DNA of 64,000 nt from Phoronis australis (lineage: Eukaryota > Animalia > Phoronida). Position 1 is the stretch's first letter. The number at the start of each line of letters is the position of its first letter. The notes below the pieces were generated by a model. It had not been told where the DNA came from and did not search any database. It saw nothing but the letters and a program-made list of their open reading frames with translations. Shown one piece after another: positions 24,409 to 35,689 of this stretch. Both the position numbers and the translations under genes were made by a program. Location of the stretch: NCBI GenBank assembly GCA_002633005.1, contig NMRA01000915.1, forward strand, positions 36,689-100,688, in the 5' to 3' direction.

Positions 24409-27400
24409 TTACATCCATGTGGTGGCATATTGTCGTCACTTGTCCGGGTATCCTCTCGATATCTCAAAATCCCTGACAAAGTTTGGCATAAGGATGTAGA
24501 ACGGTTTGTGCCACTTTTCAATTTGGTCCGCCTTCTGGTGTCACAGGGGTGTGACTTATTCTGTGTTTTTGGGGGGAAGAGCGTTTCCGAATGACATCTA
24601 GAGAACGGATAGACGGATTTCAATGAAACTTCATACAAAGGTGTGTGATCAATGCTCCGGCAGGATTAAATTTTGGGACAGATTTGACTACTGTAGCACC
24701 TAGCTCCATTGTTCGAACTCGACGAGGATTTTTCAATCAACCCGAAAATCAAATGATGTCAGTCCGCACCTCCTAATAGCGTTTAGAAACATATCATGTG
24801 CGATTCACCGTGGGCTCATGTCAACGCCCCAGCGTTGCTCTTGTAACAAGAGTAAGTGGTCTCGGTCAAATATATGAGTTTTCAACTAAAGGTGTCTGTT
24901 TAACGGCTGTGAATATGGATGTGTCCAACGAAATTATGGAGAATTTTCTTTACCCTTGTATTCCCTAGAGTTAACTTGTTGCTAAATCTTTTGAAGTCAT
25001 AAAGTTTAATTTCAGCTTATTTTGTGCCTATTTCAGGCACGTGTATAACAGCGGAAGAAGTCAACTATCGAGAAGCAATGGAACACTCGCTCGAAAAAGT
25101 ACAACTACCCATAGAGGGCAGTTACGAGTGTCTCTGTCCACAATTATATACAGGCAAGCCATTAAATTGTCAAATGATACAGCAGGCAGTGTAGTGCACC
25201 ATCAACTAAGGATTATATCAGCTGTAGCCTGCCCCTAAATCTCACAGTCATATGAGGTTTCATTAACGACCATCGAAACTTTGATCCTAACTCCATCTAT
25301 TTAATGTGACATCAAGAATTAGGATGCCTCTATACTTACTCCTACATAAAAACAATCGTGTACAGTGCATGCCACAATGTCTTGAACACAAATGCCTCTG
25401 CATTGAATGATTTATTCGAATGCAACACTTTGTAAATATTAGTAATTATTTTGTGTTAAAATACAATATTTGTTGACGCGTTAATGAATGAGCTTAATTG
25501 GCGACTCCCATTTTGACTGACGTATTGGAATTCACTGCTGAAAGGCGGTATATAAGTTCACAGTCTTCTAACTTGACGGAGAGACTTTGTGTTTACTAAT
25601 GTAACTTGAAAGGAGTTCATATACTTCGTAATGTGAAAATCTTTCTTAAAAGGATACTAAGTCCTGTTTTGATGATTTAAGCCAACCTTTATTCTGTCAC
25701 CTACTAATGCATCAATGGAATGATAAAAGCAGAAATCAGATAAAAACTCATACTTCCTTTGTCAGAGATGGGTTATTATGGTTCTTGGAGGATGGTCTTT
25801 CCCCACAGTCGCCGTGTAATTCGCGTGCCCGTTTATTAGACTTTGAAAAGGGTTTTCAAAATGTCCTCCAAACTGTTGAGGGCTGCCGTGTGTTACAGAG
25901 CATTATTTTATATCAAAGAATTGGATAGATAAGTCGTTTTTGACATATTTTAATAGGCCAAACAGGGTTTAGTATCCTTTTAAAGGTCCCACTTTGGTAA
26001 CGTTATCCACCAAATTAGCCACTGCATTTTGAAAAAACAGCAACGTAGTTGTTTGGGAGTGACGCCACAGGCAAAGTACATGGAGGTGAGAGGGGTCGTG
26101 TAATCACAACATATTTTTTTGATTTAATGTTTGAACTGCATTATAATAACTTGCGTGCCTTGGAAACATTAGGAGGTGTGTTGAAATCTCTATTATACAG
26201 TAGCATCGAACTTTCACTAGTACCTGCGCAGAGCTGCGTATCTACCGCTGGAACTAGAGCATGTCAAAATAAGACGTTAGCTTTAGTGAGAAGTCTGATT
26301 ATGTTTTGCGTTTCGTGCGCGTTACACTGCGTAGTACACGTCCTTAGGATCTCACTGTGAGGCGGAGTTAAAAGGTTGCACTGTAACGCCATGCCAAAAC
26401 GAGGGAACATGTGTCGAGCTGACAATGAGAGAGAAGTTAGAGGGTGCCAAATCGACGTACAGATGTGAATGTCGGATCGGCTTCTCCGGGGTTAATTGCG
26501 AGGAGAAGGGAACATGTGACGATGGACCGTGTCTTCATGGAGGTACTTGTGAGGTGAGAGTTACTAGACCTAGTTCTTTTTTCTTTTAACTTTCAAGCTC
26601 ATGTATTAACTCAACAGGAACCAAAATATCACAGTCATGTCGATTTCACTGTCAGAAAAAAGTTAGACTACAGTAATAAAATTGGCATCAACTTGTTCAT
26701 TATTCATGTTCGAAGAGATTTCTTGCCTTGGAAAGAACGGACAAGTTCGTTATTGCTTGAGAAAATGCCCAACAAGTATGAATGCCCGTTGGGGTGAAAG
26801 GGTCGCCGTAAAGTTACGCCACGAATAATTACTTTACGCCGCAAATAATTTCTTAACGCCTTTAAATTACCCCGCAAATAATTACTTTAGGCCTTTAAAT
26901 AATTACTTTACGCCTCTAACAAACATTAACTTAACCTAAGTTAACGGCGTAAAGTAATTCTTTGCGGCGTGAAGTAATTTCTTTACGCCGCAAATAATTA
27001 CTTTACACCGCAAAAAAAGTACTTTACGCCTCAAAAAATAATGTACGCCACAAGTAATTTACGCCACTAATAAGAATTAATTAACGCACGTAATTTTACG
27101 GCGACACTTTCCCCCCAACGGCCTATCTTACACAAGCCGAATTATCACGCCGTGTCATTTTGTTCGGCGAGCTTAGACTCGAGCACAAACCAAATGGCAG
27201 TTCATTCAAAGTCCGGAAATCACTTCTCGTAAGGAACACATTGAGACCAGTTTGATAGCGGTAAATTGTATAAGTCAAAATATCGTTTTTCTTACAGAAC
27301 TCGGTTTTGCGGTGGCTTCTCAGTAGCGAACGAGTTTTGATTTGAAATGTAGAGTGCTCATTTAGTTGGACTACAGTAAAACTGCATGACCTACTTTGAG

Positions 27401-30146
27401 TTTGAATCTAGGAATTCATTGATTGAATCTCAATTGAGTCGTCGTTCGGAGACGCTTTTCAGATCTAACAGACATCACTGCGGGTTGTTATGACGTATTA
27501 AACATCCAACTTCTGTCACTTTTGGTGTTAACTATTTTTGTTGTTAGGACACTCCTATTGGCTTTGTCTGTCTGTGCAAGCCGTCATGGATAGGGGTATT
27601 GTGCGAAAACAAAGTAAAGTCCTGCTCTCAAGAAACGTGTCCACAGAATACTATATGCCAAGAAGACGACACCGACCTTGGATACTCCTGCGTTCGTAAG
27701 TAATTGTAAATGATTGTTGAAAACGTCTACGCCATCTAGTGGTTGATAATGACATTGGTTTTAGCCCTGCAGCTGGCGGTAGAACGCGAGCCACGTTTGT
27801 ATGTTATTTGTGAGTGACACTTTGAATAATTTTATTTTGACACTGTAATAATGACCCATTGCGAGTTTGCTGTTATTTTTGTGTCCAACTCGATATCTGT
27901 TATTCAAAAGTTCACTGTATTTTGTTGGATTTCGTTTTCAATGTATACATTTCATGAGATGACAAAATGCAGGTCTTTTAAAACTGACTACTCAAAGCAT
28001 GATGTGTCAGTATGGAATGGCCTCTGATGTTTATGTAGCTGACACTGGGCTTTTCGATCAAGAGGAGGTGTATAAACCTGGCGTACCCATGACTCCTTCG
28101 CCTTTAGAGGAGATGGAACAAACGCGAGGAGGCCTGTTTGCGTTTGGGGTAATATTCGGAATACTGTCGTTTCTGATGGTGATCGCAAGCTCTGTTTACC
28201 TGATCAGGTGAGTCCAGTTTGATTCTTCAAAAACCTTCCAGATAAATTGCAGTAAATCATTGTCAGACAGGTAAACAGTCACAAATCTTATACTATAAAC
28301 GTCTTGGATGTAAGGTTGTGGTGCAACAGACAATGATTTCTATTACAGTTAATTAACCTATTGTTTACTGACTCAGGAAGTATAGAAAAGAAGTTCTTGG
28401 TAAAGTGAAACGGAAATCCAAGTGCAAGTCGCAGGTACTATTCGCTTTGCTTTGTTCCTTAAACTTAGGTAAGAAAAAATTAAATGGCGAATTGCTATAC
28501 AGATTTATATAAGGATGAAGCGATTCATTAAGCAAAAAATGATATGCATGAGCTCTATTTCGACCACAATATGATTGCAAGGAACAAGAAGTCATTACCT
28601 AATTTCACTGACACTCACCGTTGGGTGGAAGAGAGTGTACCAAGGCAATATACGTATTATCTAATCATCGCTCAATACACTTTTTAAGCAAGACGCAAAA
28701 TTAGAAAACTGAAGTTAGCTGCGGTGAACCTGCCAATCAATTTTTGTTAGAAAAAAAATTTCTTTCCACGGTGACGCTGCATGTGTGTAGTTAGGAATGG
28801 TAACTCCATCTGTTGAAGAAACAAAGCACTACAAAACATGAGCCAGAACAATGGTTTTCAAAAGTGCCGCTGGATTAGGCTTTAATTGTTGAGGACAGAC
28901 AACAAACTTGACTGTGAAGGATGTACTGGTAACATTGCTGTACAATTGATCGAAGTTTCCTGCGCACTCAACAATGTAATTTACTGACATGCATGGAGCA
29001 AACGCGGATTGTTTAACTCCTGTTTGCATGCCTTATGGCAGTTGCAAATTTTTCCAAAGCAACACTTCAACGGTGCAGTTCAAGATGTTGTATTTCAATT
29101 CCAGCCAATTCCTCAGGTAACAGACCTCGCCGTTAATCGACTTCCAAGTCAGGTCAAGGTAATTTGTCTTATTTTGTAGGCATGCCGTCAGTCAATGCAT
29201 ATTATTGAGATAGTATTGCTGACGTTTCCAACAGAGCTACAGTGCTCATGCAGGCTTTAAACTGATTCTTTGAATTGAAGTTTCGAATTTATGAGAAAGC
29301 AGTTGTTTAATGTTTTCTTAATGATAACATCCCAAGGAATACTGTTTTAGTTTTTGACAAGTTTTCATGAATAGCACAGCAGAAAGGTACTCACGAAAGG
29401 TGTTTAGTTGATATATACTGTAATTGCCTGAGTAGAGAAAATCAAGTGCTGTCTTTTGTCGTTTCCAACGTGGCATATAGGCCTACATATCGCCTAACAT
29501 GGTTTTCATTCATCAACAAGTATTTTTTTAAAGATCCCGAATACAAAGGCACCACGACCACTTACTCAAATCATTAAAGACTCTATTTCACTGCGAGACG
29601 ACACAAGCCTTTCCAGTCGTATGCTTACATCTATTAACAATTTTGTTAAGGTGAGTGGATTAAAGTTTCTCATGTTGAGTGTGTAAAATGAAGCCCGTTT
29701 GGACCACCATGTCAGGAACTTGACCTCACGTTTGACTTGAGTACAGTATTTGTTCTTTTCTATCCCGTTTTACTCTCTTCTAACTAAACAACTAAAGCGG
29801 CAGCTATTCACAAGTAGTAACCAAACTGCAGGATGGCACTATCAACCAGTTTGTGAGACGCGCTGTGAAGTATTTAAAACCCTGAGGACATTCCATGACG
29901 TTTATCTATTCAAGTCTAAGGAGGCACTTAATAACTTCAGTGGTATTTTTATTGTAGAACTATATTGCACCCGACACTAGCCCTACTGCCGTCAACGAAG
30001 ATAGCAAAAAGGCTTCATCAATCGACCCTCAGTCATCGTTAAAAAGTGGAACTTTTAATCTTTCGTCCTCAAAGAAGACCGCATATAAAACCTCAAAAGC
30101 CAGAGAAAAGACGCAATCTACCCCTGAACGAGAAAGACTCGTATGA
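20087..30146 (+). CDS. Multi-EGF type I transmembrane protein (~1003 aa; signal peptide, 15 EGF + 1 truncated EGF, TM, cytoplasmic tail ending ERLV)
   Basis: Exons 20087-20099 (ATG AGG CTA TCC G|gtaag), 20881-22660, 23044-23258, 25037-25153 (GC donor), 26348-26553, 27548-27695, 28039-28207, 28377-28434, 29534-29650, 29958-30146; 3012 nt in frame. Signal-like MRLSVLNLVTFLSYTRA; EGF cysteine spacing preserved across junctions; TM GLFAFGVIFGILSFLMVIASSVYLI followed by RKYRK. Cytoplasmic exons are less certain. Confidence 0.85.
20881..22660 (+). CDS. 1.78-kb exon encoding EGF repeats 1-10 and half of 11
   Basis: 593-aa ORF with repeated six-Cys EGF units ending C-x-C-x8-C; acceptor ttttgcag at 20880, donor gtgagt at 22661. 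Confidence 0.95.
23393..24116. mobile_element. Intronic non-autonomous element with perfect 34-bp hairpin and a second inverted pair
   Basis: 23401-23434 is the exact reverse complement of 23466-23499; tttatcccatacgc (~23509-23522) is mirrored by gcgtatgggataaa (24103-24116). Confidence 0.65.
24318..24844 (+). mobile_element. Helentron-associated (HINE/DINE-1-like) interspersed element containing a (CA)n tract
   Basis: TTTTTATGC start, microsatellite, ggatttcaatgaaacttcatac motif, terminal short hairpin caacgccccagcgttg followed by CTCTTGT. Confidence 0.5.
24340..24407. repeat. (CA)n microsatellite
   Basis: Near-perfect CA dinucleotide run. Confidence 0.95.
26784..27123. mobile_element. Fold-back MITE with internal ~20-bp repeats
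   Basis: ccgttggggtgaaagggtcgccgtaaa mirrored by ttttacggcgacactttccccccaacgg; internal aattactttacgcc repeats in both orientations. Confidence 0.75.
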
Positions 30147-31381
30147 GCGACGAATTGTTTTGCGATGAGTAATTTCTGTTGTTTATGAATTTAAATTTAT
30201 TAGTGGTTAAATACATATAATTATTTCGTAACCATTTCCAGCGATCATCAAATGTTTCAATTAAGTACCATGCATACTGGACTGGCGGTTATTTTCGATG
30301 ATACAGTTAAATGGACGCTTAGATCATTACATGCCAGTCAGGGCTATTATTTCTAGCCAAAAGACAATGTAAAAAGTGCGATTGTCGTACGTGTTGACCC
30401 CCAAACATCCNTTTGATTACGAATATTGCTTTCAATTCATTCGTCAAACCGTCAGAACTAGCACACATACACTTACAATCACATCAAGAGCTAAACGTTA
30501 TGCCAGGCAATTAAAAGAGGAAATTTGATCGGTGTTATATCGACCTACATCGGCATTTATTATAAGACGTCCTCATCTTTAGCAGACGAAAACGCTGGAT
30601 AAAAAATGTAATGCTGCACGTCGATGCAGTCACCTCACATTATTTCGCATGTTACAAAACCTTTCTTGATCGGAAGCCAAACGTGCGTTTTACGTATGCG
30701 CCGCAGCCCGGAGCAGAGATTTAAAGAAATGGTCGAGATGTACATCTTCGTCTGACACAATCGTTTTGGTTTGGTATTCTGTAATGTAGCACTCTCACTT
30801 GAGCTTTCACTTAGTCTTCAACTGCTGCAAAGTTGCACGTAAAAGTCACAGCTCACTGGACTGTGGTCTCTACACATCTGTAGATTCAAATCAGTTTTGG
30901 TTCTCACGGTTGATTGCGGAGAAGACTTTCCGGCAAACTGGTTATGGAAAGGAATCGAAAATATATTAGAAATAACTAGGTTGCGCCTTAGGGCATCCAC
31001 AGGGTATTTTCATATAGACATTTCATATTTTATGCACTTAGTGCCAAAAACTCAAACACGAGAACGGTAAAATAATGTTACAGAATTGCAAATACACCGA
31101 AATACATCTTAACACTCTTGCATGTACATTTAGGTAATCATGGGCGTGAAATTAGCACTTTAAAAAGTACAAAATGGAAATTCTGCGATTCCTCATTAGA
31201 CTTAGATTGATAAACTAAATAAACAAACTGGTTCTATTGACTGGCAAGTTTCCTGACTTAATCAGTCTCCTGTCGAATCCATAACATCTCATTGCTAATA
31301 GTTTCACCTGTATAATACATGTACCCAAAGCCTTAATTATTTGACTGGGAGTTCAAAATCTTGACCACTAAAGAGAAGTTA

Positions 31382-31387
31382 TTTATT
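31382..31387 (-). other. Candidate polyadenylation signal of DUOX
   Basis: AATAAA on the minus strand ~130 bp downstream of the stop codon. Confidence 0.4.
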
Positions 31388-31518
31388 CTTGCTTTGCGAA
31401 CTGCTGCGTATCTAACACAATCACCCCATCCATAGAATTATAGAAAAAAATTGTAAATAAAAACTTTAAGAAAAAAGGAATTGTTACATTTGTTTGGAAT
31501 GTACAGCGGTACCAAATC

Positions 31519-34500
31519 CTAAAAGTTCTCATAATGGTGCTCGAATGACGTCTTATTCGTCATTTTATTGCTGTTCAAGCATGACTTCTCCACGTTCTTC
31601 GTCAGCCCGGGTGGTCCGCAGCTAAACACACCTATCTTCTTCACCTAAAATATAAACCAATGCTGATTCAAGAGTTTTCCAGACTTGACAGTTTACAGTG
31701 TAACATCAGTTCTAATATGATGCCTTGCGTAAATGTGCAAACGAAGACCTTCAAAACAGTGCTGATAGCCATTATGTAAACTAACATTTAATTAACTTTA
31801 AGCCACTTGATGTTGATCAGTATATTCTTTGCAGGCAGCCAGTTTTGTGAATGTAAAAGTGAAACGTATCCTTCCTCAACCACCTTTCTAACTTAAATCA
31901 CCGTTTGTTGTACGTCATTTTGGGCGCACAGAGTGTATAAATACGTGGCGTTACCTTGGGATATTTCTCGTGAACGGACCTGAAGAACGTCTCAAACTCG
32001 GGACGGCCAAAGTGTGTTTTAGCAGTAAGCCCGGTGAACAGGCTTTTTCCGGATATCTTGGTGAAGTGCTCTTCACAGATGTACTGAAATTACATAGACA
32101 CCGAAATTCTTGTCACTCTTTGTTGTCGTACGCCTATACTAAATGTAGTTTTGCACCTAGCAATTGAAATTGAATTTAACTAGTTAAATTCATTTATCGT
32201 CATTATTTCGATATTTGTTAGTTTATTTTTATATCAACCCTTAGGGTTTATTTTAACACTCATTTCTATTTTTATCCTTCAGGTTCTACCTTTGTATTCA
32301 TACACTTCACTACTCTACACCTGATTGGTCACTCATATTTCATTTGTTTACTATGGCGTGGCCTAGTTCATTCAGCCGCCTATCTCGTTGTGTCTACAAG
32401 ACCTTTACGTTTTTCTCAGTATTTTTATTTATACGCAGTTCTTCAGCAAAATTTAACAATGGACGTGGAACTTTCACTTAAAAGCAGTTGCAAGCCAGCC
32501 TTCCGTAGATGAGGAGTAATTTTTGGGCAAGGGAATAACTGCTAGTTCGGTGGCTCTTGAGAGCATGTTCGGCGTATAAAATGACCCCGTGGCGAGCTAA
32601 CTTACTCGCTGGCTCCCTGTGTGCCACTAGGTGGTCAGTAGCCAGCAAGCAGGTATCACTAATTTTCCTCGGGAATCTCTGGCATCAAAGATACTGTATA
32701 GTCTATGCTGGCATGACTGATGGCCTGAAGTGTCTGTTGCTACAGACAAGTCGGTGCTTAAAATTTATGTTCAGGAAATGTGAATCTTAGATATTTTGGT
32801 GGTGCCTTTTCGGAATGCATCTTTCTACTGTCGATGACTTTTGTTTCCGATACTGTCCAGTATGAGTAACACACCGATTAAATTGGACAGATATGTGTTT
32901 ATTGTACATGTATATGCTTCAAGCACGCGGCTATTAAACATCACTGCAGAAACGAAATAGTTGCATTAGCATTAGGCTAAAAATCGTTCACAGTCCGCCA
33001 TTTTTTCACGGTGTTGTAAAGCTAACCAATGACTGCTCAGGTTACATCAACCAATGCTAAAGCGCGTGCCACTGCGTGATACCTGCGTGCTGGCTAGGTA
33101 CGTAGGGCACCAGCGAGGCTAACTTATCGAGTCTGATCTTTAGTAATAACGAGCTTTCATCTCGTCCGATGACTAGTCTCTAACCTGACTAAGGAACAAG
33201 TTAAGACCAGATTTACAATGGTATGTACCGGTACTTCAGTATTATTTTGCCAGATTTATAGGCGCTTTATTGACACAGTGCAGTTTGAAGTACATGCTTA
33301 CATACATACGTGCATACCTTTATGCATACAAGCAGTGCTGTAGTGGGGCGTAGGCGCACGTAAGCGCAGCCCACACCTTTTGGCATCTGAACGTAGCGCC
33401 TACGCACCGTATGTTACATTCAGTGCTCAAGGTGATACGATGGGCTTCGGGCTCCTACTTACCTCTAATTTTACCACTACAGCACTACATACAAGCATAC
33501 GTGCTCCTGCACACATCAGCGTAATGTGAGCAAGATTATCAAGCCTGTCAACAGACTACACCGTCGTGTACGATCAGATGTACGTACATACATACATGCC
33601 GTTAGTTATGATTCAGTTAATAGTTACTTTGTCGGTCGGACGGTCAGAAGTCATGAGTAATTAGACAGGAAGCCTACGTACCAACATGGTTGTCCGTAGA
33701 TCAAACTTTTCAAAGAACTGGGTAATAAAGATGTGGGTCGATACCACATTGTGGACATCAACTTCTTCGACTTGTCGTAATATGTCAATCAACCATTCAA
33801 AATGGCGGTGACTGTTGGTAACCCAGATGAAATACAACTGAAATGAAAAATAATAATCTTTATCAATTGTGATTGTAGACATTGCGGTCGAGACAAAAAA
33901 ATACTGCTTAAATCGAGTTCATGAATGCTCTATAATTTTGATTATTTATTAAAGGTGTCTGAACGGTTTGCAACCTCAAACTCACAACCGTAAACTTTAG
34001 CCGGTAAAAGCTCAAATGCTTTTCAATTTCAGGTACCAGCTAAAAAGATATTTGCTATCACTTTCAAATTATGCTAAACATTTTATTATCGACTTTTCAC
34101 CCAACTAAAAAGTCAACACGTGTAACATGTAACTTCGCATTATCGCATATTACAAATAGTGATTAAAAGTAGCGCTGACTTTACTGTGTATTCTTGCGGA
34201 TGTGTTGAAGGGACTCACCTTTTGGCATTTCATCCGGTACATGCTGTTAATGGACGACAAGTGGACAAAATCCTTGAGGATAGACGCATACGGTGTGACG
34301 CCAATGCCGCCACCAACAAGGACCGAGATGTCATATTTGTACCAATCTTGATGACCCGAACCATAAGGACCATCCAGCAACAACTGAAACGAAGACTTAA
34401 TATCTACATGTATGCTTGGAATCTGTGGTTGCATTGGATTGACTTCGTCGGCTCTGCCGGCTAAAACATGATATCACGATGACGATTTCCGGCTTACAAC

Positions 34501-35689
34501 CTTTCAGTGTACAGTTCAGTAGCTGTCTTGCGACTAGAAAAATCTACCCAAATCACGTGTTCTCATTTAAAATACACGACAATGTCTCGCATATTCTCGC
34601 GAAGTCTTGATTTTTAGCGAGGTCCTAGCGGTAGGTCCTAGGGTTACTGAACTCTACCCAGATGTCTTACCTGGAAAGTCAGTCAAGTGAGTCATGCGAA
34701 GGTGTCTATGGCTGACCAAGACTTTTCGATGGATCTGACTATCGCTGTGAGCCCTAGTTGCAGTTTAGTTCTAATTGTCACATTTGTTTTGGCAGTTTTG
34801 GATGATATTTGGTGAAGAAGCTTCTATTTTGGAGACAACGCCATATAGTGGACATTTTTGTTCTTTAGAGTCTACCTTTTGTCATCTATTGCTGTATCTG
34901 CCAGACTGGACAATCGGCAGATTTGTTTGGACTGACTAGAACATAACTGACGTTAATTTTTGGATGGTACAACTAGTGCGGTGCCCCCTAGTGGCATTTA
35001 TTTTTTCTATCTGTGACTGTATCTCCTAAGCCCCGGAGCGGATCTTTGTGAAATTTGGCACGTGTATTGCCATTAATTTGACAACAGATGAGCAGTTTCA
35101 GTTACAGCTATGGCTGTCAGCGGAATGCGATTTTTTATGTTTGTCCCTGTATCCACTTCTTTGGCGGATTTTCATGAAATAAGACAAAAAGTTTGCACAC
35201 AGGTTTGCTGTATTCTTCGCTACCTAGTGGCCATTTTTAGGATACTAATTAACACACTTAGAATCATACCTTTGCGGTGCAGTCGTGGGCTCATTTTATT
35301 GCTTTGTGTTCCTATTATTGTAAACATCATACCCTAAAATTCGTGTTAAAATGGAATATGCTCCATTCTTGAGATCCCATCAATGCCAATCTGATTTGAA
35401 TCAACTGTTTCTCGTGCTCTTCAGTCCGAATACAGCATGAACAAACTTGCTGACCCTACCTTCGGATACGGTTTCCCGTTTAGGTTCTCCGTATCGAACA
35501 AATATCGCAAGTTCCACGTCCATGGACCGACAGATCTTATGTGAAGTAGCAACGTGTCCTCGTGTGGTGCAGAAGTCAGCGTGAATGGATGGTATTCATT
35601 TTTACCTTGCGAGAGACATGCAATGCGAACCCACTGGCCGGATTTGTACTCGAAATTGGATGGGCGTTTGAATTCTATGCAGTTGATGT
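31519..35689 (-). CDS. DUOX: DUOX FAD/NADPH dehydrogenase domain (5 exons)
   Basis: [65 protein letters not shown] (TAG at 31519-31521). Confidence 0.96.

Noticed and set aside
24148-24638. Cys/Val-repeat ORFs (MCVCVCV...)
   Set aside because: Translation of the (CA)n microsatellite
20087-30146. Naming the EGF gene Notch, Delta/Jagged or crumbs
   Set aside because: No LNR/ankyrin, DSL or laminin-G domains visible; EGF repeats alone do not establish orthology
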